A stretch of DNA of 32,000 bases from Alkalilimnicola ehrlichii MLHE-1 (GCF_000014785.1 NC_008340.1:1920001-1952000); one strand, 5' to 3'. Positions 1 through 10,487 are shown, counted from the first letter of the stretch. Notes: generated from the letters alone by a model not told the origin. A program made the numbers and translations.

Positions 1-77
1 TCCTGCTGGAGCGCTGGCTGTTCTTCGTCGAGGCCCGGCACGTGGTCCGTCACTACAACGTCCGTACCGCCGTCTGA
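1..77 (+). CDS. C-terminal fragment of a DmsC-like membrane anchor subunit (partial at left edge)
   Basis: Frame starting at nt 3 reads LLERWLFFVEARHVVRHYNVRTAV*, stop TGA at 75-77. This resembles the C-terminus of DmsC-type anchors (ERWLFFAEA...HVV). Only 24 aa are visible. Confidence 0.45.
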   Translation, partial: LLERWLFFVEARHVVRHYNVRTAV

Positions 78-167
78 CTTAAGGGGCACTACGCCCCCGT
101 CGCGGTCACCCCAAACGGGCCGCGGCGGGTCGCACGGCCGGTTCGATCGATTGCGGAGGTAAACACC

Positions 168-758
168 GTGGGCAAGATCAAACGTGGCATCCGCTATATA
201 CTGCGGCCGCCCACCAAGCTGGCCACCTGTGCGGTCATCTCGGCCGTGGCCATTGTCGTCCTCGGCTTTTTCGCGTCGGTGAACGCCTTTGTCGCCTTCA
301 CCAACACCTCGGAGTTCTGCGCCTCCTGCCACAGCATCGCCCCCGCGGTGGAGGAGTGGCGGGAGAGCAGCCACTACGCCAACGCCCACGGGGTGCGCGC
401 GGAGTGCGCCGACTGTCATGTCCCGGACACCCTGGGCGCGACCCTGGCGGCCAAGGTTCGGGCGATCAATGACATCTACCACCACTTCGCCGGCACCATT
501 GACACCCCTGAAAAGTTCGAGGAACGCCGGCCGGTGCTGGCGCAACGGGTCTGGGACGCCATGGAGGCGGACGATTCACTGGCCTGCCGTAGTTGCCACA
601 GCTGGGACAGCATGGACCTGGCCCAACAGTCCGGTCGCGGCGGCCGCAACCACCGCGAGGCCATGGAAGAGGGCAAGACCTGCATCAGCTGCCACCAGGG
701 CGTGGTGCACAAGCTCCCGGGCGAGGACGAGGACCCGGGCTTCGACCTCGGTCTTTGA
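168..758 (+). CDS. NapC/NirT-family membrane-anchored tetrahaem cytochrome c
   Basis: 196 aa with an N-terminal TM helix and four CxxCH haem motifs (CASCH, CADCH, CRSCH, CISCH). Confidence 0.88.
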   Translation: MGKIKRGIRYILRPPTKLATCAVISAVAIVVLGFFASVNAFVAFTNTSEFCASCHSIAPAVEEWRESSHYANAHGVRAECADCHVPDTLGATLAAKVRAINDIYHHFAGTIDTPEKFEERRPVLAQRVWDAMEADDSLACRSCHSWDSMDLAQQSGRGGRNHREAMEEGKTCISCHQGVVHKLPGEDEDPGFDLGL

Positions 759-821
759 CCTCCCCGATCCACCGGGCCCGGGTCGCCGGAACGCGGCCCG
801 ACCCCCTCCCAAAAGGGATAG

Positions 822-2363
<1,542 letters not shown>

Positions 2364-2375
2364 GAGGTGCCCGCC

Positions 2376-2840
2376 ATGACCCGCCCGATGACCTACCAGA
2401 CCCTGGTCGACGAGGCCCTGCAGCAGGTGCCCGAGGTCTTCCCCTGCGAACTCATGGAGGCCCTGGAGGCCGGTGAAAGGCCACTGCTGTTGGATGTCCG
2501 GGAGCCGGACGAATTCCGGGCCCTGCACATCCCCGGCAGCCTGCACGTGCCGCGGGGGGTGCTCGAGCCGGCGGCCGAGGAAGGTTATGAGGAGACCGAG
2601 CCCGAGCTGGTGGCGGCACGCGACCGGGTCGTGATCCTCATCTGCCGCTCGGGCCGGCGCAGCGCCCTGGCCGGCGTCAACCTCCAGCGCATGGGCTTCG
2701 CCCGGGTACGGTCGCTCAAGCTCGGCCTGAAGGGCTGGAACGCCGACGGCGGCCCCCTGCAGGACCACGAAGACCGACCGCTGGACGACGACGAGGCGGA
2801 GGCCCGGCTCGACGCCGGGGCTGAAGGTGGGGCGCGGTAG
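2376..2840 (+). CDS. Rhodanese-like domain protein
   Basis: LLLDVREPDEFRALHIPGSLHVPRG...VVILICRSGRRSALAGVNLQRMGF, with CRSGRRS as the active-site loop. ORF 2367-2840; start at 2376 or 2367. Confidence 0.88.
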   Translation: MTRPMTYQTLVDEALQQVPEVFPCELMEALEAGERPLLLDVREPDEFRALHIPGSLHVPRGVLEPAAEEGYEETEPELVAARDRVVILICRSGRRSALAGVNLQRMGFARVRSLKLGLKGWNADGGPLQDHEDRPLDDDEAEARLDAGAEGGAR

Positions 2841-2888
2841 CCCCTTCGTGGTCAACCGATCAATGTGAACCAGTACGGAGTAGCGCAC

Positions 2889-3356
2889 ATGGGTATCAGC
2901 AGACGCCTGTTCTTGAAGGGGACCGCGGCCGGCGGCGCCCTGGCGGCCGCGCTCGGCAGCGGCCTGATCACGCTCGGCCAGGCCGTGGCCGGCCAGACCC
3001 GGCCGGGCTTCGCCAGCAATGACATCGACCAGGCCATCCAGGCCCTGTACGGCGATCTACCGCTGGAGGACAGCGATGGGGTGGTCGTGGAGGGCCCGCC
3101 CGGCGTCGCCGACGACGGTGGCCAGGTCCCCATCACCGTCCGCGCGGGGATGAACGAGGTGGAGAGCATCAGCCTGTTCGCCGCGGGCAACCAACCGCCG
3201 CTGCTCGCCAGCTACGACTTCCCCCGCCCCTGTCCCGGCACCTTGGCCACCCGCATCCGGATGGCCGAATCGGCCGATGTAGTGGCGGTCGTCAAGGCGA
3301 ACGGCACCCTCTACCGGGGCGCCAGCTTCGTGCGCATCGGCGCGGCCGGTTGTTGA
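2889..3356 (+). CDS. soxY: SoxY-like sulfur carrier protein (divergent C-terminus)
   Basis: N-terminal twin-arginine-like signal (SRRLFLKGTAAGG), body ITVRAGMNEVESISLFAAGNQPPLLASYDFPRPCPGTLATRIRMAESADVVAVVKANGTLYRGASFVRIGAAGC*. It is followed immediately by a SoxZ-like gene. Confidence 0.8.
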   Translation: MGISRRLFLKGTAAGGALAAALGSGLITLGQAVAGQTRPGFASNDIDQAIQALYGDLPLEDSDGVVVEGPPGVADDGGQVPITVRAGMNEVESISLFAAGNQPPLLASYDFPRPCPGTLATRIRMAESADVVAVVKANGTLYRGASFVRIGAAGC

Positions 3357-3375
3357 ACCAAACCAGGAGGTTCCC

Positions 3376-3663
3376 ATGTCCAGCATCCGCATGCGCAGCC
3401 GGCTGACCGGCGATACCTGCGAACTCCGCGCCATGATCAACCATCCCATGCGCACCCAGGCGCGGGATGGCGTAGACAAATACATCCAGACCCTGGTGGT
3501 GGAACACAACGGCGGGGAGGCCGTACGCGCCCGCTGGGGCAGCGCCATCGCCGAGAACCCCTTCCTCTCCATGGAGATCAGCGGCGTGAGCGAGGGCGAC
3601 ACCCTCACCCTGCGCTGGGAGGACACGGACGGCGACTCCGACACGGCCACCGTCACGGTCTGA
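3376..3663 (+). CDS. soxZ: SoxZ-like protein
   Basis: 95 aa: MSSIRMRSRLTGDTCELRAMINHPMRTQARDG...ENPFLSMEISGVSEGDTLTLRWEDTDGDSDTATVTV. Matches the SoxZ pattern (HPMETG..., NP(Y/F)L, GD...W.D..G.SD). Confidence 0.85.
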   Translation: MSSIRMRSRLTGDTCELRAMINHPMRTQARDGVDKYIQTLVVEHNGGEAVRARWGSAIAENPFLSMEISGVSEGDTLTLRWEDTDGDSDTATVTV

Positions 3664-3667
3664 CACC

Positions 3668-4378
3668 ATGGGCGATACCGCGCTGCACCTCGTCGCCGCG
3701 CCCGCCCTGGAGGCCACCGGCCTGCAGGTGGCGCGCGGCGGCCGGCCATTGTTCCGGGGCCTAGGCTTCCGGCTCGCCCGGGGCGGGCTGCTCTGCGTGC
3801 GCGGCGCCAACGGCAGTGGCAAGACCACCCTCCTGCGCACCCTGGCCGGCCTGTCCCGCCCGCACCGAGGCCGGATCCTCCGGGCGGGCCGCTGCATCCG
3901 CCAGGCGGCCAACGACCACCGCGGCACCCTGCAGTACCGCGGCCACCGGGACGGCCTGCGCGGCGCGCTGACCGTGCTGGAGAACCTGCAGTGGCAGGCG
4001 GCGCTCTATCACCACCGCCCGGATCGGGAGGCGGTGCGGACGGCCCTGGCCGGCATGGGCATGGCCCGGCATCTGGACACCCTGGCGTCTCAGCTGTCCC
4101 AAGGGCAGCGCCGCCGGGTGGTGCTGGCCTCGCTGGCACTCTTCCCACGGTGCCGGTTGTGGCTGCTGGACGAGCCCCAGGCGGCGCTGGACGTGGAGGG
4201 GGCAGAGCGCTTCCACGCGCTGCTGGCCCGCCACTGCCAGGAGGGCGGTGCCGTGGTCGCCTGCAGCCACCAACACCTCCGGATTGGGGGCATTCCCTGT
4301 GATGAACTCTGGCTGAGCGATCCCGCCCCCGCCGGGGCACGGAGCGCCGGCGATCGGGTGACGGGTACGGAGGCATGA
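3668..4378 (+). CDS. ccmA: Haem exporter ATP-binding protein CcmA
   Basis: Walker A GANGSGKTTLLRTLAGL, signature SQLSQGQRRRVVLASL, Walker B LWLLDEPQAALD. First gene of an intact ccm gene order. Confidence 0.94.
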   Translation: MGDTALHLVAAPALEATGLQVARGGRPLFRGLGFRLARGGLLCVRGANGSGKTTLLRTLAGLSRPHRGRILRAGRCIRQAANDHRGTLQYRGHRDGLRGALTVLENLQWQAALYHHRPDREAVRTALAGMGMARHLDTLASQLSQGQRRRVVLASLALFPRCRLWLLDEPQAALDVEGAERFHALLARHCQEGGAVVACSHQHLRIGGIPCDELWLSDPAPAGARSAGDRVTGTEA

Positions 4379-4387
4379 AGGGCCTAC

Positions 4388-5056
4388 ATGTTCCAGGCAT
4401 TCATCGCGCTGCTGCACCGGGACCTGACGCTGGTCATGCGCCGGCGCCAGGACGCCCTCTACGGCATGGCCTTTTTCGTCATCGTGGTCAGCCTCTTCCC
4501 GCTGGGGATGGGGCCCGAGCCGGCGCTGCTCCAGCGCATCGCCCCGGGTGCCATCTGGGCGGCTGCCCTGCTGGCGAGTCTACTCACGCTGGAGCGGCTG
4601 TTCGCGGACGACTGCGGCGAGCACACCCTGGAGTCGCTGCTGCTCGCCCCGCAGCCTCTGTCGTTACTGGTACTGGCCAAACTGGTGGCGCACTGGCTCT
4701 ACGCGGGCCTGCCGCTGGTGGTCATCGCCCCCCTGCTGGGCCTGCAACTCGGACTGGCGCCGGCCGTCCAGCTCACCCTGGTCGTCAGTCTGCTCCTGGG
4801 CACCCCGGTGCTCACCCTGCTGGGCGGCATCGCCGCCGCCCTGACCCTGGGTGCGCGCGCCGGGAACGGGCTGATGGCGCTGGTGCTGCTGCCGCTCTTT
4901 GTCCCGGTGCTGATCCTGGGCAGCGGCGCGGTGGAGCAGAGCCTGCACGGCGCCAGCCCGCAGGGCCACTTGCTGCTGCTGGCCGCGCTGCTGGTGCTGG
5001 CCCTCAGTCTCGCCCCCGCGGCCATTGCCGCGGCGCTACGCATCGCGCTCGATTGA
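4388..5056 (+). CDS. ccmB: Haem exporter permease CcmB
   Basis: Multi-TM protein FQAFIALLHRDLTLVMRRRQDALYGMAFFVIVVSLFPLGMGPEPALLQRIAPGAIWAAALLASLLTLERLF. Lies between ccmA and ccmC. Confidence 0.94.
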   Translation: MFQAFIALLHRDLTLVMRRRQDALYGMAFFVIVVSLFPLGMGPEPALLQRIAPGAIWAAALLASLLTLERLFADDCGEHTLESLLLAPQPLSLLVLAKLVAHWLYAGLPLVVIAPLLGLQLGLAPAVQLTLVVSLLLGTPVLTLLGGIAAALTLGARAGNGLMALVLLPLFVPVLILGSGAVEQSLHGASPQGHLLLLAALLVLALSLAPAAIAAALRIALD

Positions 5057-5105
5057 TCATGCCGTTCCCGGCCGCCACCGCCGTCGACTGGCAGGAGTAC
5101 TGATC

Positions 5106-5921
5106 ATGTCGCGGATACGCTGGTTCAAGTTCGCCGCCCCGGCTCACTTCCACGCCCTGACCGGCACCCTGCTGCCCTGGCTGTGGGCCGCCGCCCTGGC
5201 GTTCACGGCCACCGGGCTCTACGTGGGGTTCGTGATCGCCCCACCCGACTATCAGCAGGGCGACAGCTACCGCATCATGTGGCTGCACGTCCCGGCCGCC
5301 TGGATGGCCATGCTCGCCTATTTCCTGATGGCCGGGTACGGCCTCATTCACCTGGTCTGGCGTATCAAGCTGGCGCGCATCATGGCCTCGGCCCTGGCCC
5401 CCACCGGCCTGCTGTTTGCATTCCTGGCGCTCTGGAGCGGGGCGCTATGGGGCAAGCCCACCTGGGGCGCCTATTGGGTCTGGGACGCCCGGCTCACCTC
5501 CTCGCTGATCCTGCTCTTCCTCTACCTGGGCTACCTCGCCCTGGACAGCGCCTTCGAGGACCGGGAGCGGTCCGGGCAGGCCGCCTCCCTGCTGGCGGTG
5601 GTGGGGGTGATCAATCTGCCGATCATCTATTTCTCGGTGCAGTGGTGGAACACCCTGCATCAGGGGGCCTCCATCACCCTTTCCGAGGCCCCCACCATGA
5701 GCGCCAGCATGCTCGCCGCCCTGCTGCTGACCACGGTGGGCTGCTGGGCCTATACCGCCGCTGCGGCCCTGCACCGCGCCCGCAGCATGGTCCTGGAACA
5801 GGCGGGCAACAGCCATTGGGTACGCCGGCTGCGCCAGGGTCACCGGCCCGCCGCCGCCAGGGGGCGTCCGGCCCGCCTGGCGGCCACGCCCATCGGCGAC
5901 CTGCTGGGGAGGCGCCCATGA
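5106..5921 (+). CDS. ccmC: Haem exporter protein CcmC
   Basis: Tryptophan-rich motif YRIMWLHVPAAWMAM...GALWGKPTWGAYWVWDARLTSSLILLFLYLGYLAL. Confidence 0.95.
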   Translation: MSRIRWFKFAAPAHFHALTGTLLPWLWAAALAFTATGLYVGFVIAPPDYQQGDSYRIMWLHVPAAWMAMLAYFLMAGYGLIHLVWRIKLARIMASALAPTGLLFAFLALWSGALWGKPTWGAYWVWDARLTSSLILLFLYLGYLALDSAFEDRERSGQAASLLAVVGVINLPIIYFSVQWWNTLHQGASITLSEAPTMSASMLAALLLTTVGCWAYTAAAALHRARSMVLEQAGNSHWVRRLRQGHRPAAARGRPARLAATPIGDLLGRRP

Positions 5922-6064
5922 TCGAGTGGCTGCACATGGGGGGCCACGGCCTCTACATCTGGGGCGTCTACGGGCTGGCGGCCCTGCTCCTGATCCTCGA
6001 GATTCGGCAGCTCCGTGCGCGCCACCGGCGGGCCCTGGCATCCCGGGAGGAGGACGAGACATGA
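5918..6064 (+). CDS. ccmD: Haem exporter protein CcmD
   Basis: 48 aa single-TM protein MIEWLHMGGHGLYIWGVYGLAALLLILEIRQLRARHRRAL... located between ccmC and ccmE, overlapping both by 4 nt. Confidence 0.88.
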   Translation: MIEWLHMGGHGLYIWGVYGLAALLLILEIRQLRARHRRALASREEDET

Positions 6065-6537
6065 AGCCGCGCCACCGCCGACTGACCCTGATCGCCCTGG
6101 TGCTGGGGGGGCTGGGCCTGTCCGCGGGCCTCGCGCTGACCGCCTTTCAGGACAACCTGGTGTTCTTCTTCACGCCCTCGGAGGTCATGGCGCGGGAGGC
6201 ACCCATCGACCGGCCCATCCGCATCGGCGGCCTGGTCAAGGCGGGCAGTGTCGAGCGCGAGGCGGCGAGCGCCCGCGTCCATTTCAAGGTCACCGACACC
6301 GCCGAGTCGATCACGGTCAGCTATGACGGCATCCTGCCCGATCTCTTCCGCGAGGGTCAGGGCGTGGTGGCGCAGGGCCGCCTGGGCGCCGACGGCCGGT
6401 TCCACGCCACCCAGGTACTGGCCCGCCACGACGAGACCTACATGCCCGCCGAGGCCAAGGAGGCCCTGGACCGTATCGGCCAGGGCAATGGCACACCCGG
6501 CCCGGACGGCCATCCGGAGACCACCACCGCTTACTGA
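6061..6537 (+). CDS. ccmE: Cytochrome c maturation haem chaperone CcmE
   Basis: RIGGLVKAGSV...VHFKVTDTAESITVSYDGILPDLFREGQGVVAQG...ATQVLARHDETYMPAEAKEAL, including the haem-binding His context. Confidence 0.95.
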   Translation: MKPRHRRLTLIALVLGGLGLSAGLALTAFQDNLVFFFTPSEVMAREAPIDRPIRIGGLVKAGSVEREAASARVHFKVTDTAESITVSYDGILPDLFREGQGVVAQGRLGADGRFHATQVLARHDETYMPAEAKEALDRIGQGNGTPGPDGHPETTTAY

Positions 6538-6551
6538 CCGGGAGGGCCGAG

Positions 6552-8552
6552 GTGATTGCTGAAACCGGACAACTGGCCCTGGCATTGGCGCTGGCCCTGG
6601 CCCTGGTTCAGGCGGTGCTGCCCCTGGCCGGTGCCGCCCGCGGGGACCGCCGTTGGATGGCGGCTGGCCACTGGATGGCCTGGGGGGTGTTGCTATTCCT
6701 GGCCACCGCCTACGCCTGCCTGACCACCGCCTTTGTCCAGTACGACTTCAGCGTGGCCTATGTGGCCCAGCACGCCAACCTGGCGCTGCCACTTCACTAC
6801 CGCGTCACCGCAGTCTGGGGCGGCCACGAGGGCTCACTGCTGCTCTGGGTGCTCATCCTGGCACTCTGGACCGTCGCGGTCAGCCACTTCAGCCGCAGCC
6901 TGCCCCGGACCATGGTCGCCCGGATTATCGCCGTGTTGGGGGCGGTGACCGTGGGCTTTCTCGCCTTCATGATCTTCACCTCCAACCCCTTCGACCGCCT
7001 GATCCCGGCACCGCTGGACGGCCGCGATCTCAACCCGCTGCTGCAGGACCCGGGGATGATCTTCCACCCGCCGCTGCTCTACATGGGCTATGTCGGGTTC
7101 TCGGTCACCTTCGCCTTCGCCATCGCCGCCCTGCTCAACGGCCGGCTCGACGCCGCCTGGGCCCGCTGGTCCCGGCCCTGGGCCGCGGTGGCGTGGGCCT
7201 TCCTCACCCTCGGCATCGCCCTGGGCAGCTGGTGGGCCTATTACGAGCTCGGCTGGGGCGGCTGGTGGTTCTGGGACCCGGTGGAGAACGCCTCGCTCAT
7301 GCCCTGGCTCACCGGCACGGCGCTGATCCATTCGCTGGCGGTCACCGACAAACGCGGCGGCTTTCGCGTCTGGACCCTGATGCTGGCCATTGTCACCTTC
7401 GGTCTGACGCTGCTGGGCGCCTTCCTGGTGCGCTCCGGGGTAATCACCTCGGTGCACGCCTTCGCCACCGACCCCGAGCGCGGCACCTTCATCCTCGCCT
7501 TCCTGGTCCTCAGCATGGGGCTCGCCCTGGCCCTGTACACCTGGCGCGCCCCCCGGGTGGGCCCGGGCCCCGCCTTCGGCTACCTGTCGCGGGAGTCCGG
7601 CCTGCTCGCCAACAACCTGCTGCTGGCGGTGGCCACGCTCACGGTGCTGCTGGGCACCCTCTATCCGCTGGCCATGGACGCCTTGGGCGGCGGGCGCATT
7701 TCGGTGGGGCCGCCCTATTTCGAGGCGGTCTTCACACCGGTGATGCTGCCGCTGCTGGTCCTCATGGGGCTGGGGCCGCTGCTGCGCTGGAAGCTGCATG
7801 CCCCCGGCGAGCTCGCCCGCGCCATCGCCGGCATCGTGGTCGCCGCCGGGGTCATCGGCGGGCTCTGGCCGCTGGCCCTGGGCGCCTGGTCGCCGCTCAC
7901 CGCCCTGAGTACCGTCATCGCCAGCTTTATCCTGCTGGCCATCGCCCTGGACCTGCACGGCCGGCTCCGCCCGGCGACACCGGGCTGGATCGGGCTGCGC
8001 CGTCGGCTCAAGGGGCTGAAGCCGCACTACCTGGGCATGCACCTGGCCCACGCCGGGGTGGCGGTCTTTCTCATCGGGGTGGCGATGGTCAGCACCTACG
8101 AGGTAGAGCGGGACGTGCGCCTGGCCCCGGGCGACGAGGTGACCGTAGCCGGTTACACCTTCACCTTCCTCGGCACCCACGAGCGGGTGGGCAGCAACTT
8201 CCTGGCCGACACCGGGCGGGTGACCGTGACCCGGGACGGTCAGGCGATCGCCCGGCTGCATCCGGAGAAGCGCCACTACCCCAGCCAGTCGATGCCCATG
8301 ACCCAGGCCGCGCTCGACCGCGGCCTGTTCCGCGATCTCTATGTCTCGCTCGGCGACCCATTGGACGACGGGGCCTGGGTGGTGCGCGTCTACTACAAGC
8401 CCTACATGACCTGGCTCTGGGGCGGCTGCCTGTTCTTGACCCTGGGGGCCCTGCTTGCCGCCACCGACCGGCGCTACCGACTGGTGCGCGCCCCCCGGAC
8501 CCGACCGGCCCGCCCGGCAGGAGCGCTTCGCCCCGGGGAGGCGTCATGCTGA
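6552..8552 (+). CDS. ccmF: Cytochrome c haem lyase subunit CcmF
   Basis: 666 aa polytopic protein; GTG start. WWD-type motif WGGWWFWDPVENASLMPWLTGTALIHSLAVTDKRGGF. Confidence 0.96.
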   Translation: MIAETGQLALALALALALVQAVLPLAGAARGDRRWMAAGHWMAWGVLLFLATAYACLTTAFVQYDFSVAYVAQHANLALPLHYRVTAVWGGHEGSLLLWVLILALWTVAVSHFSRSLPRTMVARIIAVLGAVTVGFLAFMIFTSNPFDRLIPAPLDGRDLNPLLQDPGMIFHPPLLYMGYVGFSVTFAFAIAALLNGRLDAAWARWSRPWAAVAWAFLTLGIALGSWWAYYELGWGGWWFWDPVENASLMPWLTGTALIHSLAVTDKRGGFRVWTLMLAIVTFGLTLLGAFLVRSGVITSVHAFATDPERGTFILAFLVLSMGLALALYTWRAPRVGPGPAFGYLSRESGLLANNLLLAVATLTVLLGTLYPLAMDALGGGRISVGPPYFEAVFTPVMLPLLVLMGLGPLLRWKLHAPGELARAIAGIVVAAGVIGGLWPLALGAWSPLTALSTVIASFILLAIALDLHGRLRPATPGWIGLRRRLKGLKPHYLGMHLAHAGVAVFLIGVAMVSTYEVERDVRLAPGDEVTVAGYTFTFLGTHERVGSNFLADTGRVTVTRDGQAIARLHPEKRHYPSQSMPMTQAALDRGLFRDLYVSLGDPLDDGAWVVRVYYKPYMTWLWGGCLFLTLGALLAATDRRYRLVRAPRTRPARPAGALRPGEASC

Positions 8553-9073
8553 GGGCCGGGCTGCCACTGCTGGTGCTACTCTCACTGGCCGCCCTGCTCT
8601 GGGTCGGCCTGGGGCTGAACCCGCGGGCCATTCCCTCGCCGCTCATCGACCGCGAGGCGCCCGCGTTCCACCTGCCCGATCTACAGGACCCCACCCGCAC
8701 CGTGAGCCGGGACGACCTGCTGGGCCGGGTGACGGTGGTGAATGTCTGGGCCAGTTGGTGCACCAGTTGCCGCCAGGAGCACCCGGTGCTGCAGCAACTG
8801 GCGGACCGGGGTGTGCACCTGATCGGCCTGAACTACAAAGACGACCCGGCGGCAGCCCGGGAGCTGCTGGCGGAGGCCGGCAACCCCTACGCCCGCACCG
8901 CCCGGGACGGCGACGGCCGGGCCGGGATCGACTGGGGGGTTTACGCCACGCCGGAGACCTTTGTGGTGGACCGGGAGGGCGTGGTCCGCCACAAGCACAC
9001 CGGTCCGCTGACCGCCGAGATCGCACGGGAACAGATCCTGCCCCTGATCCGCGAACTGGAGGCCACCCCATGA
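8546..9073 (+). CDS. ccmG: Thiol:disulfide interchange protein DsbE/CcmG
   Basis: Thioredoxin-like fold with VNVWASWCTSCRQEHPVL and GVYATPETFVVDREGVVRHKHTGPL. Confidence 0.92.
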   Translation: MLRAGLPLLVLLSLAALLWVGLGLNPRAIPSPLIDREAPAFHLPDLQDPTRTVSRDDLLGRVTVVNVWASWCTSCRQEHPVLQQLADRGVHLIGLNYKDDPAAARELLAEAGNPYARTARDGDGRAGIDWGVYATPETFVVDREGVVRHKHTGPLTAEIAREQILPLIRELEATP

Positions 9074-9573
9074 AGCGAGCGCCAATGCTCGACACCCGCG
9101 CCGCCCACCTGGCCGCCCTGGGGCTGATCCTGCTGGCGCTGCTGGCGCCGCCGGCGGCCGCCATCCCGGTGGGCACCCCGCTGACCTTCGACAACGAGAC
9201 CCAGGCGCAGCGCTACCAGACGCTGATCCGCGAGCTGCGCTGCACCGTCTGCCAGAACCAATCGCTGCTCGACTCCAACGCCGCCCTGGCCCGCGATCTC
9301 CGTCGCCAGATTTACGAAATGGTGCGCGACGGCCACAGCCGACGGCGGATCGAGCAGTTCATGGTCGACCGGTACGGCGACTACGTCCTTTACCGCCCCC
9401 CGCTGCGGGCGGCCACCTGGCTGCTCTGGGGCGGCCCCTTTCTACTGCTGGCCCTGGGCGCCGGTCTCTATCTGGCCGTCCTGCGCCGGCATAGCCGGGG
9501 GGGCGGCCACACCGCGCCGCTGACCGCAGAGGAACGGGCACGGCTCCAGGCAATCGACAGGAGGTTGACATGA
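9070..9573 (+). CDS. ccmH: Cytochrome c maturation protein CcmH
   Basis: RCTVCQNQSLLDSNAALARDLRRQIYEMVRDGHSRRRIEQFMVDRYGDYVLYRPP. Overlaps the ccmG stop. Confidence 0.94.
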   Translation: MKRAPMLDTRAAHLAALGLILLALLAPPAAAIPVGTPLTFDNETQAQRYQTLIRELRCTVCQNQSLLDSNAALARDLRRQIYEMVRDGHSRRRIEQFMVDRYGDYVLYRPPLRAATWLLWGGPFLLLALGAGLYLAVLRRHSRGGGHTAPLTAEERARLQAIDRRLT

Positions 9574-10457
9574 TGGCCTTCCCCCTCACCACCATGGTGC
9601 TCTGCCTGATCGCCATTGCCCTGCTGCTCATCCCGCTGCTGCGCGGGGACTGCGCACTCTGCCGCGATGGGCAGTGCCAAACCGGCCCGGATACGACCGA
9701 CCCGGACGACCCGGCCGACGCCAATCTCCGCATCTACCGCCAGCAGGTGACGGAACTTGCCGCCGAGCGCGACGCCGGCCGCATCGACCCGACCCGCTAC
9801 CGCGAGATCCAGGCGGAGCTGGCCCGGGACCTGCTGAGCCAACCGTCCGCCCCCGCTGAACCCGCCGCCCCGGTGGGTGGTGGCCGGCGCTGGGCGGTGG
9901 CCGGTCTGTTGGCGGTACTGGTGCCCACCGTCGGCCTGGCCACTTACGTGCACACCGGTGCCGGCAACGAGGGCCTGCAGGCCTCGGCGGCGCGCGCCCA
10001 CCCGGACCAATCCCCGGCGGAGGTGGTCCAGGCGTCGCTGGCCACCCTTCAGGCCCACCTGGAACGCCACCCGGAGGACAGCGACAACTGGGTGCTGCTG
10101 GGCCGCACCCTCACCGCGCTGGGGAAGACCGAACAGGCCCTGGAAAGCTACCGCGCGGCCCTGCGCCACGGCCAGGACAACCACCCGGAGCTGTTGGCCC
10201 GCTACGCCGACCTGCTCGCCGGCAGCCGGGACGGCCGGCTGCGGGGCGACCCGGAGCGCCTGGTGCGCCGGGCGTTGGACATCGACCCCGACCACCGCCT
10301 GGCCCTCTGGCTCGCCGGCAGTGCCGCGCTGGAACGGGGTGATGCCGCGGTGGCCCGCCGCCATTGGGAACGGCTACTGGCGCTGCTGCCGGCGGAGAGT
10401 GACGATGCCGGGAAGATCCGGGAGAAGCTCCGGGCCCTCGACGGGCCACGGGGCTGA
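9570..10457 (+). CDS. ccmI: Cytochrome c maturation protein CcmI/CycH (TPR protein)
   Basis: N-terminal TM segments, ADANLRIYRQQVTELAAERDAGRIDPTRYREIQAELARDLL, and TPR-like repeats (SDNWVLLGRTLTALGKTEQALESYRAAL). Confidence 0.88.
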   Translation: MMAFPLTTMVLCLIAIALLLIPLLRGDCALCRDGQCQTGPDTTDPDDPADANLRIYRQQVTELAAERDAGRIDPTRYREIQAELARDLLSQPSAPAEPAAPVGGGRRWAVAGLLAVLVPTVGLATYVHTGAGNEGLQASAARAHPDQSPAEVVQASLATLQAHLERHPEDSDNWVLLGRTLTALGKTEQALESYRAALRHGQDNHPELLARYADLLAGSRDGRLRGDPERLVRRALDIDPDHRLALWLAGSAALERGDAAVARRHWERLLALLPAESDDAGKIREKLRALDGPRG

Positions 10458-10470
10458 GCGCCGCCCGCCC

Positions 10471-10487
10471 CCGGGGTCACTCCCCGG
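10471..10487. terminator. Candidate bidirectional stem-loop between convergent ccmI and the DUF218 gene
   Basis: CCGGGG-TCACT-CCCCGG perfect 6-bp stem with a 5-nt loop. No T tract, and it overlaps the stop region of the minus-strand gene. Confidence 0.3.

Noticed and set aside
780-804. Imperfect GGGTCG...CGACCC stem-loop between the NapC-type gene and cysG
   Set aside because: GC-rich short dyad with no T tract; such dyads occur by chance in this composition, so it was not called as a terminator.
6834-8276. 480-aa antisense ORF across ccmF, plus the 806-aa alternate-frame ORF 6653-9073
   Set aside because: Arg/Pro/Gly-rich shadow translations over conserved ccmF/ccmG; typical GC-skew artefacts.
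3668-10457. Possible missing or rearranged gene in the ccm cluster
   Set aside because: ccmD is not listed as its own ORF in the track because it is short and in frame with an upstream open stretch (5183-6064), but it is present at 5918-6064; gene order ccmABCDEFGHI is complete and ordinary.
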